Of a DNA stretch of 64,000 nucleotides, positions 36,994 to 52,984 are shown piece by piece (the stretch's first letter is position 1; the number at the start of each line of letters is the position of its first letter). Source of the stretch: Octopus sinensis (lineage: Eukaryota); assembly GCF_006345805.1 (NCBI RefSeq), contig NC_043012.1:49724001-49788000 (forward strand), read 5' to 3'. Made by a program: the position numbers and the translations under genes. Under the pieces are notes generated by a model that saw only the letters and a list, made by a program, of their open reading frames with translations, was not told where the DNA came from and made no database searches.

Positions 36994-39522
36994 TATATAT
37001 ATATACATATATATATATGTATATATATGTGTGTATATATATATGTGTGTATATATGTGTGTGTGTGTGTGTGTATGTCTGTGTGCATATTCGCATATAT
37101 ATATATATATATATATATACACATGTTTACACAAACATATGTACACGCGCGGAAGCGCATATTGAACATTTGCTAGGTCCCATGTACCAAAATAATTTTC
37201 TTCAGGCATTCTAACTATTTATGTATATATATATATTTGTGTGTGTGCATGTGTTAGTGTATATGTGTATGTGTGAGTTTGTAAAATCACGTAGAACTGT
37301 CTTTATACCATCTATATCTCTACGAAAGTACTTTTAGTACTATTTTGTTTTCCTTCGTAAACAGCATCACACTGAAAGTGAACCAGCTTTCTAAATCTTC
37401 ACATCTTTGTGAATAATATCACAGCGAATAGAATACGTTCAATTGTGTATTTTCAGTTGATTCAGTCTGGTCAATTTTATATAATAGCCTCCTGAGTATT
37501 GTTGCGCACTTATACAACTCGCGTTTCCGTTTTTGACGGTCTACTTCCGTAACTCTTTTAATGGCTTTGCTCACTCTTCAACTCCACCCTCTCTTTGTCT
37601 GCGATGTATGTGACTCTTTCTCTTTCTCTTTTCCCCCTCTCTCAGTTATGTTCATTTAAGCAGTCCGTCACAAATAGCGCAATCTTCACCTCGTAACCTT
37701 ACCTTTTGTTACTCACCTCAAAGGATAACTCGTGATAGTTCTACAGATTTTCTGATTCCCCGTTATTGGTACTAGATATATTGTTATTCTTTCGGTTAAT
37801 GACCTACCATTCGGTTGGACCGAGTTCATTACATTCCGATCTCTGAAACTGCAGTGTAATTTATGGCTTTCACTGTGTTTTGTCGAACAATTCTTCGCTC
37901 TTATTATATAAGAAATTCTTCTTCGCAGTTTTTCTGTCTGCTTATTTAGAACAGAGAGGTTTTTTGATTGCATTCGTACAGATTTTGAATTATCTTCAGT
38001 TTTTGCTACTTCTTTTAGAATTAACAATTTTGTTATCTTTACTTTTGTTTTATAACTTTATAATATGTGAAGTAATTTTTTTTATAATACACTACAATGT
38101 TTAAGTTTCTAGTGTTAGTGTTCAACTGAGAATTAGGAAAACAAATGGAGATAAATATAGCAAATTGTTACAATACATACTCTTCTGATTAATCTAAAAA
38201 CTAGCATTCGCAGAAACTTCACATATACACCCAAATACAGTAGCCATCACCACTTGCTGCTTCCGCTACTTCTTCGATTTCACGAGGAAAATGAGAAGGG
38301 AACTGTGTCAAATAGTAAGACGTTATAGGTGGGGGTGGAAAAGAAAATAAATGCAACTAGAAAAAGCACAAGTGCAACACTAAAAGTAACCAAAACTGGA
38401 AAAAAACACAGCAAAACGATAATGATATCATGAAAAACTGCACAAACAACAACACTAGTTACTGCAACAATACATAAACTCCCTAACTGCATGACCAAGT
38501 AGCAACAACACCAACTAATACTACCACTACTACAGTAATCCAGAGACAGATGAGGTACCTGTAAATACATGGATAAGGAACGTCATTGGGTGACGTAAAA
38601 TTAAAGGCTAAATGTTAGAATGTCCACAATGATACACAAACAGACGTATGAAAGGAACATTGGTGGATATGTATGCGTACATCGTACATAAAAGTTCGAT
38701 TGATTAACTATATACAATATGTGTTCACAAGAGATAACCTATGACTACTCGAACAACAGATTTATAACTGTTACTTCGAAATTTATTCATTTATTTATTT
38801 GTGCTGTTAGACATAAAGAGATGGCATGTCATGCAAAACAGGAACTTGATATAGTGACGGTTATGACTTTTCCAAAGATGTTTAGGAACGTTAGCAAAAG
38901 GGAAACATCATCAAACGAAAAATGTATCTATGCTGCACATTCAAATTTACTGTGAATTTTAAATCGGCCAGCAATGAAGGAAACACTTAGTGAACTATTG
39001 AACTTAGAATTATCTACCCCCCAAAATCAACACCAGATCAAGCAAACTATCGTATTGAAACAACAAAAGACACACGAAATAATATAATACTAGATAAAGA
39101 GACGAAGATGAGATCAAATCGAATTCCTCAAAGTTCTTTCTCACAAGGTACACAATAAACGAGTGACTAACCCACACAAATATGCATCAGATATAAAATA
39201 GTTTATATGTAATGAAAATAAAAAACAGAAAACGCCATATTTGAGTCCAGGTATTCCCAAAATTCCATATTGCAAAACAAAATTGACTAATACTCAGTGT
39301 GACATGTACTTAGTATATGGAAAAAAAAAGAGAAAAAGAGAAAGTTTTCCATATAATTTGATGAATTGCTAAAAAGTTTCAAAGAAATCCTATCTTGCTG
39401 GAAACCAATTGCTAATTTATCGCTTCACTACAAACGTTTATTAAACTCTAAATATATTTATATATATAGATACATGTATAAATACACACATACATACACA
39501 CACACACGCATACATACATACA

Positions 39523-39583
<61 letters not shown>

Positions 39584-39674
39584 GCATGCATACTTATTGA
39601 CATATATGTTTTTCTATGAATATACATATAAGTAAGGATGCATGCGTATATATATTTATATAATTATACATTCA

Positions 39675-39741
<67 letters not shown>

Positions 39742-39753
39742 TATATATATATA

Positions 39754-39806
<53 letters not shown>

Positions 39807-40716
39807 GTATGTACATACATACATATATATATATAATATATATATATATACAGACAGCGAGAGGGAGAGAGGGAGAGAAGGAGGGAGAGAGGGAGGAAGA
39901 GAGACATGTATAGATGTGTAGATGTACATAATACACATTTTAACGTATATATGCATTCATATATGTATGATTGTATGGAAGTATGTATGTATGTATGTAT
40001 GTATGTATGTATGTATGTATGTATGTATGTATGTACATACATACATATGTATGTACATATAAGTACATACAACTCACATAAACAGATGTATAAATGCGTC
40101 TTAGTAAAGAATGCTGTTTAATGGAAAGGAACAAAAGCTAGATACTTAACAGCAATAATTTTAATATTAACATTATAAATCACCATAATAAATCATTATT
40201 ATAATAATGCTTTCTAATTTTAGCGCAAGGCCAGCAATTTCGTGTGAAGGGATAAATCTTTTACGTCAACCCCATTACGGAAATTTTATTTATATTATCG
40301 ACCCCTTCTACATCAGACGACTTATTTTTTAAACCAGAGAGAACAATCTGAATGTGTAATTTTAAAAATATACATGTAATAACTATATATAAATGTATAT
40401 ATATTTTTACCCAAATTAATGTACTAAAGACAAACATACTTTAAAAGAAACGAAAAAACAAACAAACAAGGATATAGCGTTGTTGTAAAGTATTCATTCA
40501 CAAAGCTTTGGCTTAAACGGAGATTCGCTGAAATAGTCAATGATGATATTTTTGATAATGATGATGATGACGACCACGACGACGACAACATTGTCGACAG
40601 CGTAGTCGAGAACGAAAATGACAATTGGAAGAGAGCTGTTAATAATGATAATAATGAGGAAATTACTATTATTGTTATTATTATTATGATAATGAATATT
40701 ATTATTATTATTATTA

Positions 40717-40798
<82 letters not shown>

Positions 40799-40799
40799 T

Positions 40800-41354
40800 T
40801 TTAATCAGCATGTTTGTTATGATCACAGGGCAAGACACACCCAGCTTCCCAGGGCGAGTGTAGGATAAGAGATGTTACAGTATGACAGAAAGTGGCAGGG
40901 GCACTATCGAAGTATCTTCATGCAGTACAACACAGACATTTAAATTGATAGGGTCTTCCTAAGGATGTGGGGAGTACATGTCAGCACAGTCTTTCAGATT
41001 TCTCTGAGACATGGTTCTCCTGGGATATTATCTAGATGTTTCTGATATCTCCTTTTTATCATATCTGAGGCACCTACAACAACAGAAACAATTCTCGCTT
41101 TAAGATGACATATTTTGTATTTCAATTTCCAGGTCCCTATATTTATTTCATTTATCAAATTACTTTACAGATATATTTTTATCAGTGGCAACAATTACAT
41201 CTATTAGTCTACATTTAGGGTCAGGACTGTTTTAAATAACGTTAGCCTGGTAGATTTTAGTAAGTGAGCTTTGATCTTGTGCTACCAACATGAAACCTCC
41301 AGTCTCTGCTTTCGGCCCTGACCTTCTCAACACCTGATATGTTGTTTCTTGGTC
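40800..41354 (-). pseudogene. Dong/R4-clade LINE fragment with internal deletion and 3' UTR
   Basis: Minus strand DQETTYQVLRRSGPKAETGGFMLVAQDQSSLTKIYQANV..PDPKCRL, then YRDLEIEI..VVVGASDMI..PGEPCL.EI.KTVLT.TPHILRKTL. Confidence 0.8.
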
Positions 41355-41396
41355 TACATCATCATTTCGTCTCCGAAGAATATACTACTACTACTA

Positions 41397-41490
<94 letters not shown>

Positions 41491-41549
41491 AGGGCGACGA
41501 CGACTACTGCTACTGCTAATACTTCTGCTGCTGTTGCTGCTGCTGCTAT

Positions 41550-41600
<51 letters not shown>

Positions 41601-41614
41601 AATAATAATTATTA

Positions 41615-42085
41615 TTACTGAGTGAGAGAGCAGTGCAAGCAATCAAAGTAACACAGGTTAAATATACGAAGCCCAGTGTACCGATCATGTCTACCCGATT
41701 GATAAGTGTACACTAGCCATACGTGCACGAGATAGTGATCTCATATCAAGATTAACAGTGAGTGACCTTGCAGGTGGGACCCAGTCAGAATTTTCTTCAG
41801 GTCGAGTAACCCATTTCACTCAAAAGGTCCCTGAATAAGAGTTGATTAAGGATATTGAACAAAACACACATGTTTCCATAGATGACTTATCCAAACTCCA
41901 AAGAATTCCTCGCAACACATAGCTATGATGCTCTCTGACTACTTCTGCTTGTGATCATATTGCCAGCCACAAAGGGAGATGCTCAGCTGGTTATGGCCAA
42001 ACAAAGATAAAACAACGTACATAACACTTCTAATCAGATAAGATCAGAAGCCATGAGAACCGCTGTCTGTTACTGCATCAATGCA
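41615..42085 (-). mobile_element. ~550-bp (AAT)n-bounded repeat, copy 5
   Basis: Reverse complement of copies 1 and 2 from CTCTCTCACTCA through CAGAAGCCATGAGA..CTGCATCA. Confidence 0.85.
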
Positions 42086-42869
42086 TTTATTATCCCCATC
42101 ATCATTATCAATAAAATTCATATGCCAATCTGCTCTTTGTACGTACATGAGGCGTGTGCCACGCTTAAGAGGAATAAATTGTGGAAATAAATTTTGTTGC
42201 TTAAAGAAAAATTTAACTAGATGTCTTTTAGTTTTTGGAAGAGATCTGAAACCATTACCTTCTCAACACCCATACCTACTGGTCCGCCGAAGCAGCAAGG
42301 ATCTTAACCGGAAAATTAAGATACTTAAATTTGACGCGTGTGTCGAGCGAGAGTGAGAGGAAGTGAGAAAGAAAGAGAGAGAGAGAGAGTGGGAGGGAGG
42401 GAGTGAATTCCTTTTAACGATTGAACTGAAATTGACACCTGGCTATTAAAGGCCCAACGACACACATACATTTGTTTTAGTTCTTCTACCCATTTGAATT
42501 CAGCCATGCACCAGATAACATGTTAAGTACTATATTCCGAAATTTAAATTTTGAATTTAACATCTTTTGGCTTTCGAATACATGTTCTTTCTCTTTCTAT
42601 ATTTTTGTTAAGTTACGATTTCCCTGTATCGGTGAGGATTTTTCCAAATTCTTTTTTATTGTATCAAGTAATGGACGAAAACACACACAAAAAAAATTCA
42701 TAGAGCCGAACAAAATCAACAATATTTATTCTATTTCCCCCTTTCTTTAATATTAACAAGAGCATTGTATGAGAGAGATTTGGCTGTTATTTCTAGCTAT
42801 TTGAACAAGCATACATAGTTATTCAATTTGCATATATATATATATATATATATATTTAAGTATGTCTAT

Positions 42870-43000
42870 GCTTGTACCCCCACCACCATTTCTTGACAAC
42901 CGATGCTGGTGTGTTTGCGTCCCAGGCTTACAGGGAATAAGTTTAGGAGTAAATTTCTTCGACTGAAACAAGTAAAAGAATAAAAGAATACGAGAAAAAC
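42870..43000 (+). mobile_element. 3' tail of the CORE-like SINE (related tails at 7630-7690 minus, 47435-47580 and 56830-56975)
   Basis: CACCACCATTTCTTGACAACCGATGCTGGTGTGTTT...GACTGAAACAAGTAAAAGAATAAAAGAAT. Confidence 0.7.
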
Positions 43001-43169
43001 GTTCCGTACCACTAAACGAAGGGGGTTCTCGGAATATGTACGATGTATTTTATGGCTGAATAGTAATTCTCTTTACGACTGCGTAACTGAGATATTTTGG
43101 TTGGATTATATAGTTATCTGTTTTGTCCTTATTTCTATATTCTGTAACTGTCGCAATATACTTTTATAC

Positions 43170-43375
43170 TATAGGCACAAGTCCTGAAATTTTTTGTGAG
43201 GAGAGGGCCAGTCAATTAGATCGATGCCAGTACGCAAATGGTACTTAATTTACCGACCCCGAAAGGATGAAATGCAAAGTCGACCTCGGCAGAGTTTGAA
43301 CTCAGAAGGTAAAGACTGACGAAATATCGCTAAGGATTTCGCCAGGTGTGCTAACCATTCTACCAGCTCGCCACC
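43170..43375 (-). mobile_element. Near full-length SINE of the 53731 family with the alternative tail
   Basis: Minus strand GGTGGCGAGCTGGTAGAATGGTTAGCACACCTGGCGAAATCC..GAGGTCGACTTTGCATTTCATCCTTTCGGGGTCGGTAAATTAAGTACC. Confidence 0.85.
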
Positions 43376-43497
43376 TTTAACTCTAACAATATATAGAAAC
43401 ATTTCTCATGGCACGAACACACAATTTACAGATGCTTACATTTTTTATATTTTCTGTGGGAATTTTTCCCGGGTCCAGCAACTTGTTGTTGTTGCTG

Positions 43498-44775
<1,278 letters not shown>

Positions 44776-44832
44776 ACGGTAACCATGTAATCATTAATTA
44801 TTATCATTATTATTATAATTTTTGTTATTATT

Positions 44833-44868
<36 letters not shown>

Positions 44869-44910
44869 GCTGTTGCTGCTGAAAGATATGCTATGAAAGA
44901 TATATACATG

Positions 44911-44965
<55 letters not shown>

Positions 44966-44966
44966 T

Positions 44967-45007
<41 letters not shown>

Positions 45008-45012
45008 CATAC

Positions 45013-45043
<31 letters not shown>

Positions 45044-46283
45044 TATATGTACATGTATGTATATATATATACATATATATTATATTTTAAAAACACATTC
45101 ACAAATTCCATATCACAAACGCTCACGCACATACACATACACAGACATATAAACATACACACAGGCACGTATAGAAATGTGTCTACATATTTTTGTACAC
45201 ACACGCACACTCACACATAAACGATCTATTCATCCGAACATTCATTCATTTACGAGAAACTTTAATATACGTGTTTGGAGAAGGTTTGGGAGTGTTTATT
45301 TCCTGTGTATTTGAACACATATATACACACCTTGTACACACCTACATAGAAAATTATATACATATTCACACAAATGCATTTATATGTGTATACATAAATT
45401 TAAGCCTCAGTGCTTCATCACATACCATGCATGGATTCATCTACATGCTTCGTATAAACGGACATATAGATTTTAGATCTTGTGTATATGTAATTAGCTA
45501 TGCCTAGTAATATTATTATGTAAATGTATTTCAAGCTAAAATGTTGAGTAAATCAATTCAACTTATATGAAATTTTATTGATGTATTCTTTTTTAGCGTG
45601 ACACATCATGGAATGTACTTTTAAATATCCGTTGTAAAACAAGCAATATACGCAGTTTTCAAATGCTTGTTAAATTCGTCAGCTAATTTAAGTACGACAA
45701 TTTCCAAAACTATGTCAATGGCTCCTTATGAAAAGCGTTATTACATGTTTAAAATATATTGACACATGCTCACATATGCGCAAGCATGGACACAACTATA
45801 TACATAAACAACTTGCAGAGATTTATTATATTAATTCAGCTTTTGATTTCGCGATAGTATAGTCATTGGTTCGATACACGGAAAAGACTCGTTTTATACC
45901 TTGAGCTAGGGACATCATTTTGGGTTGCTCCAATTCTTTTAAAAAGAAAATGTTTAGACATGCCAATCGGGTACATACTTATCTTCTCCATGGTGGTGAT
46001 CCGGCGAACCAAGAGTGTCAATGTCGACGGGTGGTATGAATCCGTTTCAAAGCTAAAAAGCACCTTAAACAAATAGTAGAGTTTACTAGAAAAAAACGAA
46101 ACAAAACAAAACGGAACATTTTCATGCCATGCTTTCATTCGAGCAAGTACTGAAGTTTTATTACATCTTCATCAAAAGCAATCACGTGAGGCTGTACGTA
46201 CATACCTATACGTATATGTACAATTATATATCTACATATTTGTTTATTTAATTATATATATATATATATATATTTATACACAC

Positions 46284-46325
<42 letters not shown>

Positions 46326-47612
46326 TTGTATGTTTATATATATGTGTGTGTGTGTATGTGTGTGTATTTGTGTATGTGTGTGCGTGTGTGTGTATGTGAG
46401 TGTTTGTGTGTGTGTGTTGTGAGTGTGTCTGTGTAATCACTTTGTTCATTAGTATCGTGTTCGCAAGCATCTGTCTTTATGGTTTGATATAATATATACT
46501 AGTTTCCACTTCCCGACGCTTTGTTAAATGCAAAGAACAATTTTTATCTCTTATGGCACATACCATGAGAACAAAACTCAGTGTATCTTCATGCTAGATG
46601 TTATGTTATTATTAACTCCAGGTTTTTAGAATTATTGGTATTTTATGTAAATTCAATTAAGCACATTTGTCATAAATATATCGTTTAATTAAATTTACGA
46701 TATAACATATCTTAATACTAATTACAACTTCAGTGCACTTAGTTTACATATAAATTATCTATAAATAGTATTTGGTAATATTTTGCTTTAGTTTACAAAG
46801 TATATATTGACCGTAGATATACGCACAAATATTGATGACGCAAATCAACTACATAGTAATTAATTAGCAGTTGTGATATATCATATATTTTTTACGCACA
46901 AGTCTGCACAGCTACTTGATAATTGATACAAGCCTCACCTTTAATCTACCTTGTGCCCATCTTTCTCTCGCACTCGCTTTAATCTCTCTCTCACTACAAC
47001 ATCCATTTCGTCCTAACTACCACACCACCACCAATAAAAGCCATCATGTATTACATAGGCAGGCGCACAAATATATCAAACGCATTTCTTTATATGTATA
47101 TATGAACATAACGCTTTATTTTTCAAACAGCGCACACATTCTAAAACACACACATCAGAGTCTGTCGAAATCTAACTCTCTTTTGGAAATATTCTTCCCT
47201 GATGAAATATCAAATTACCCCAATTAATTTAACCCCAATTAATTAACCCAATTAATTTAGTTTAATTTCGGTAATTGAACAAACTGGATATGGAAACGGC
47301 TGTAGGACAGGAATTCCATTATATGTATTTGAATATCTCTGATGTGTGAATGTCAATTTCCCCATTTTCTTCCTTCTTTCATTCATAAATATCTTAAATA
47401 CCTATATATGTATGTATATATATATATATGACGTAGCTCCATGTACCTAGCGGTTCGGCAAAAGAGACCGATAGAATAAGTATTAGGCTTACAAAGAATG
47501 AGTCCTGGAGTCGAATTGTCCGACTAAAGGGGTGCCCCAATGAGGCCAGGGTCAAATGACTGAAAGAAGAAAAAGTGTAAAAGTAGAAAATAAGCACGCA
47601 CACACACACACA

Positions 47613-47643
<31 letters not shown>

Positions 47644-47995
47644 AGAGCAATCTATTCATCTAAACATACATTCATATAATCATATACGGAAAGATTTAAG
47701 ATGCATGATTTCCTTCTTCCCTATGACCAAGCTTCAAAACTTTCCTTCACACATGCTTACACACGCACATATATGCACACATACAGGCATGTACACGCAT
47801 TGTTTCTAAGCATCTTCTTCATTCATCTCCAGGCTTTTTCAGCCAACACACACATACATTTTCGGAAAGGATATAATATCTGATGATTCTCCGAAACGCG
47901 ATGAAAGCGCTTAATAGTTATACAAAATTCTGGCTCCTTCCTTTTTCTTAACATATAAACTCTGTACGTTTCAAATAATTTATAAAATTTCCATG

Positions 47996-48039
<44 letters not shown>

Positions 48040-48163
48040 TATATATGTGTGTGTGTGTGTGTGTGTGTATGTGTGTATACATACATGTATATATACATAT
48101 ATTTATATGTCTATATATGCATATATCTATGTATGTATGTATGTATGTATCTATCTATCTATC

Positions 48164-48194
<31 letters not shown>

Positions 48195-49095
48195 GTATGT
48201 AGTATGTATGTATGTGTACATATCACCCAGCATGGAAGGCGAACGTTAATAATGGTAATATATGCATGTATATATATAATATATATATATATGGGGATAG
48301 ATAGAAAAATAGGTAGGTAGATAGCTAGTTAGATGTACTTATATATCCCAGTAAATATATTTATAAATGTATGCGTGCGTATCTGTATGGATTCTCTGAA
48401 TTTCCATGAAAATGAGTGTGAATACTGATAATATTGTCTTTTGTAAGTGTTCTCTTTGAGTTCCGTGTGATTCCATTCAATAATGTTGAGGATTATTATA
48501 GTTGCTTCCTATATCGACGTGTTTAAAATAAAAGATCCACTGAAGTGAAGGGAATTCTCCATGAATAGTTTACGAGATAGGCATTTGATAAACTAAGGGT
48601 ATCAATTCGGTTACACTGTGTTATCTGTGAAGGAATAGCAATCAGACATTTGAACTTCCGTTAGAAGCAAATGGTAATTGGGAACATTTGCAGCTTGTAT
48701 AACCGATTTATATATATATATATATATACATATGTTTGCGCGCGCGTGTTTGTGTGCGTGTATATATATATATATATTATATATATATAAATATATTATA
48801 TATATATCATATATATATTATGTATATATTATATATATATATATACATATGTATTTCTATACATGTTTTATGAAAACGTGCGTAGTTATGTGCTACTGTG
48901 GGGGAGAGAATCGCTTTAACTTTAAACATGTATTTATATGCATATTATATTAAACTGTAAAGCGGATACGTATACATTTCTTTTATTCGTTATATTTCAT
49001 TTCATTGCATGTATGTAAATATGTATGTATGTATGAATTGATGGATGGATGGATCTGTAGGTGAGTGCGTGTGTATGAATGTATGTGTATATGTC

Positions 49096-49590
49096 AAAAC
49101 GCTGGCTGTTGGAAGGCTCTATGTCTGGCAACAGGACTGCACCATGTCACACAAGCAGAACGCAGTCTGGCTGTGAGTCAATTTCTTCGACCACATCACC
49201 ATTAACATCTGACGACCTAACTCCCTAGATTGCAACCCTTTTCATTATTATGTGTGGGGTCCTGTTGAGCAAGAGACCAACAAAATTCCTTGTAACACCA
49301 AAGATGAACTGAAGGCACGAATTATGACAGCATTCACCAACTTTAAACAAGGAGATGGTACTGTAGAGTTGCAGGATATTAATAAAGAAATAGGTACAGT
49401 AGAGTTGCAGGATATTCTAGAGTCGTCTGGAGGCCGTGGTTGAAGCCTTGGCGATTTTATTGAATAAATTTACACTTCAGTCTTTCAAGATATTTCTACG
49501 TAATTTTTCTAAATATATCTGTTAAACTGAGATGTCTGTTTTATTTTCATTTGTGTGTAGTTTAGAAGACAGTTTATTCAACGCACCCTC
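49096..49590 (+). pseudogene. Tc1/mariner-superfamily (maT/DD37D-like) transposase C-terminal fragment and right end
   Basis: GR.YVWQQD..PCHT, WL..NFFDHI..W.PNS.DCNPF.YYVWGPVEQETNKIPCNTKDELKARI, SRLEAVVEA; contains a 24-bp internal duplication 49357-49380/49393-49416; ends in a CACCCT TIR-like sequence. Confidence 0.8.
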
Positions 49591-50097
49591 CACGTATATC
49601 GTTGTCTTGGTTTCTCTCATTTTCAATCTATCATTATTCCCAGAACATAAATTTTTACCAATTTAATTTTACTTCTTTTCACAGGAATTCTTCATATACC
49701 TAACCTTATGCGCGTGTGTGTAAGTGTGTAGATAAGATGTTATTCCACTTATAAGAGACTCTTCTCCACCGTAAGCGTCTTGCATTCATTGCGTACATAT
49801 GCTCATGTGTTTTCCGTTGATAAATATTTTATGCATTTATACATTCCCCAAATAAAAGTACTTTTCATTATTGAAGCACCACTGAAGCTATACGGTGAGG
49901 CTCAGACATTCAACTAACAGTGCATTGCAGCATATAGTAAAAGCAGCTGTAACATAATAAAGTTAATCACTATTTCTTTTCCCTTGTCATTTTAGCTTCT
50001 ATTCTCTACTCAACAGACGCTTTGTTTCGCTGCATATGTATATTGAGTCCTGACACCAGGTTTTCAGTATTATTATACCTTAAACGACAGAATAATA

Positions 50098-50197
<100 letters not shown>

Positions 50198-50269
50198 TAT
50201 AATAATAATAATAATAATAATAATAAAGTTCTAAAACAAACAATTTTCGTATGTTTTTTTTAGACATTC

Positions 50270-50420
50270 ACTAGTACAACACTAAGTACAAAACCAAATA
50301 TATGGTACCCTAGGCATAACACCAGCATGGACTTCCAACTTGTTGTCTCTTGAGGTCTCTGTTTGTGACCTGGAGCCAACTTGTACAAATGTAAAGCTAA
50401 AGTCAAACATAGAATAATAA
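50270..50420 (+). mobile_element. Isolated 3' UTR of the same Dong family as 43603-43740
   Basis: GGCATAACACC..CTTGAGGTCTCT..GAGCCAACTTGTACAAAT..AAAGTCAAACAT + AATAATAAT is the reverse complement of 43603-43740. Confidence 0.85.
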
Positions 50421-50522
50421 TAATCATAATATATGTCTGTATATATATTTTCATACATACAGATATATATGTAAATATATGTGTGTGTTTGTGTGTGCGT
50501 GTATGTGTGTGTGTGTATGAAT

Positions 50523-50583
50523 GGGTGACAGGTAAATTACACCGCGGTATATTCGACCATGGTAAATTTCACCATAAGTAAAA

Positions 50584-50643
<60 letters not shown>

Positions 50644-50706
50644 CAATTATTATTATCATTACAATTATTATTATTATTTTTATTATTATTATTATTATAT
50701 ATTATT

Positions 50707-50756
<50 letters not shown>

Positions 50757-50841
50757 ATTATTATTATTATTATTATTAATGCAATTATTATTATCATTAC
50801 AATTATTATTATTATTTTTATTATTATTATTATTATTATTA

Positions 50842-50877
<36 letters not shown>

Positions 50878-51104
50878 CATTATTATTATTATATCTCGCC
50901 TTCAGACTCTCTCTCTCTGCCTCCCTCCCTCCCTCTCTCTTCTAAAGACTTGAGGGACAGGCAGATTAAATAACATAGGTATTGACTCTCGGTCTACAGA
51001 AACTGACCACAGTGATTATTAGCGGGAGCAACTTATCTTGGAAGTCTCTCCATGGGTGGAATTTACTATGGAGGAATATAACGCGGTGGAATTTACCTAG
51101 AACC
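50523..51104. mobile_element. MITE-like element with ~46-55-bp imperfect TIRs built of ~15-bp subrepeats and an internal (TTA)n block
   Basis: 50531-50575 GGTAAATTACACCGCGGTATATTCGACCATGGTAAATTTCACCAT is the approximate reverse complement of 51052-51097. Confidence 0.65.
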
Positions 51105-51562
51105 TATGAATGTACGTGTGGATTACAATGTTTAATATACAATATCATAAAGAAGCATTACCCTCCATTAAAACATCGAGTAGGCTATTTATAATAATTA
51201 ATAAATTCGTTTTAATTAACTAGCAAAATTTTAATGTACACCAATATTCAGTCCCGATATCACAAAATGAAGCAGAAAATTTACAGAAAATTTACATTGA
51301 TTCTTAATATACAAGAATTTTAACTTTCATATATTCAGAATTTTAATTTTTGTATATTAAGAACTATTCTTCCGGGACATTACAAGTAAAGCATGTAGGA
51401 TTGAAGAAATGCAACAATATTAGCCAATTATATAATGGCTAACGTTATTTATTTCTCAAAACAGAGGTAGAAAAATTATACAAGGCCGAATTAAAGGATT
51501 TGACGTATTATAAAGTGATATAAAAGCAGCCGCACTAAAGGGAATGGAATTTGGAGGAAATG

Positions 51563-52146
51563 CGAGGTCTGATCAATAAGTATCTGGACTGTTGCAATAG
51601 TAACAAAGCCAAAGCATGCAGAGTTAAGCCACTTGGCACAGATTGACCCTGAACTAAATTTTAACGTCTTAGCTCGCTTCCGCTGTTACAGTAGTGCTTG
51701 GAAGGAAGGTATGTAGCGTGATCGTGCATTGACCAGGATAAAAAATATCATGGCGATATATACTTAGAGACCAATACAAATTTGTATAAAGTGTATGGAG
51801 AGGAGTGTATGAGCCGCTCACAAGTGTAGTAGTTCAGACGTTTAAAATATGGCCGAAAAATATGTTGATATTGATGAACGCTCAGGGAGACCCCCAACCA
51901 GCAGACCTGAGAAAAAACATTGCTGCGAGGGTAAATCGTTGAATCACCGTCCATGAGTTATCAGAGGATGTGCAAATTAGTTACGTTTCAGTTCAGTCCA
52001 TTATCACTAAAGATTTCGGTATAATACGCATGTCTGCCAAGTTTGTGCCAAAACTGCTTTCAGCTGACTAAAAAGACGCTCGGGTTTCAGTTGCACAAGA
52101 TCTCCTTGATTGTGTCGAGAAAATTGAAAACTGTTTGAAAACTTTC
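51563..52146 (+). pseudogene. Mariner 5' half (left TIR-like sequence + HTH region of the transposase)
   Basis: CGAGGTCTGATCAATAAGTATCTGGACT TIR-like start; KVYGEECMSRSQV, DERSGRP, ITVHELSEDVQIS..SV.SIIT.D..RMSAKFVPKLLS.D..RVSVAQDLLD. Confidence 0.85.
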
Positions 52147-52984
52147 CATTGGCCTCTAAGCAGGTATTGCCAAGCTTTTGGCAAAATTAGATGCATATTT
52201 TCTGCTCAACTTTCTGCTATACACCATCCTTCCAAGGGCGGTAAACAACGGAAGTGAGGCTAGAACATTAAAACGTAGTGTGCTTGCCCACCAGAGTTTA
52301 AGACAGATGTTCCAAACCGCTCATCTAGCACCGATGAAGAATTATTGCTCAACGCAAAGTAATTTCAAGTGTACGAGCATTTATACAGATTTAATCCGGT
52401 GAATGTGGTGTTTCAAAGTTCCATAAATGATTGTTGCTGGTTTGTCTGCATTTCCGAAATTTCTCTTCCTTGATATTTTAATAAATGTGTTTATTATAAA
52501 TAACTTTCAGGATTTGTTTGCTCAGCTCAAATCACACGTTTTATTTTTATCTTACGAAATTTACACGAATGTGTAGCTCTTATTTAGTAATGTCGTTTAA
52601 AGCAATATATTTTTTCCTTAATTGTCATTATATAATTGGCTAATTTCGTTGCATTTCTTCAATCCTACGTGCTTTACTTCGAAATATATTCTTTTAATAT
52701 CACTTCCAACATCATGCGTATATAACACTTCCTGCTATGAAATAATTTCGTTTTATTCCAAAGCGGTTATGATGTTTTCACCTTGCCGATGCATCAGCCA
52801 GCTTTCTTCTGGATTTTCAAAGTATTTTTGCAACCATTTTAAAGTTAAGGATAAAATCAGTCAAGTATGAGAAGTCATATTAATTGTCGAAGGAATGAAT
52901 TGTCACCTAAAAGTACCTGAATTTTCGGGAAGTACACGTCTTTCATATATTTAATACCAACATCAAAGTTGGCTTATTCTGAAA

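Noticed and set aside
37713-38027. 104-aa non-repetitive minus-strand ORF
   Set aside because: TTG start, no recognisable domain and no splice context; could be eroded retroelement sequence but is unsupported.
42100-42520. Unique-looking sequence with possible transcription-factor motifs (also 4380-4780 and 10460-11120)
   Set aside because: Short motifs occur by chance; a regulatory role cannot be supported without conservation or chromatin data.
47205-47262. Three copies of a ~14-bp unit (AACCCCAATTAATT)
   Set aside because: A simple short tandem repeat without spacers; not CRISPR-like and not telomeric.
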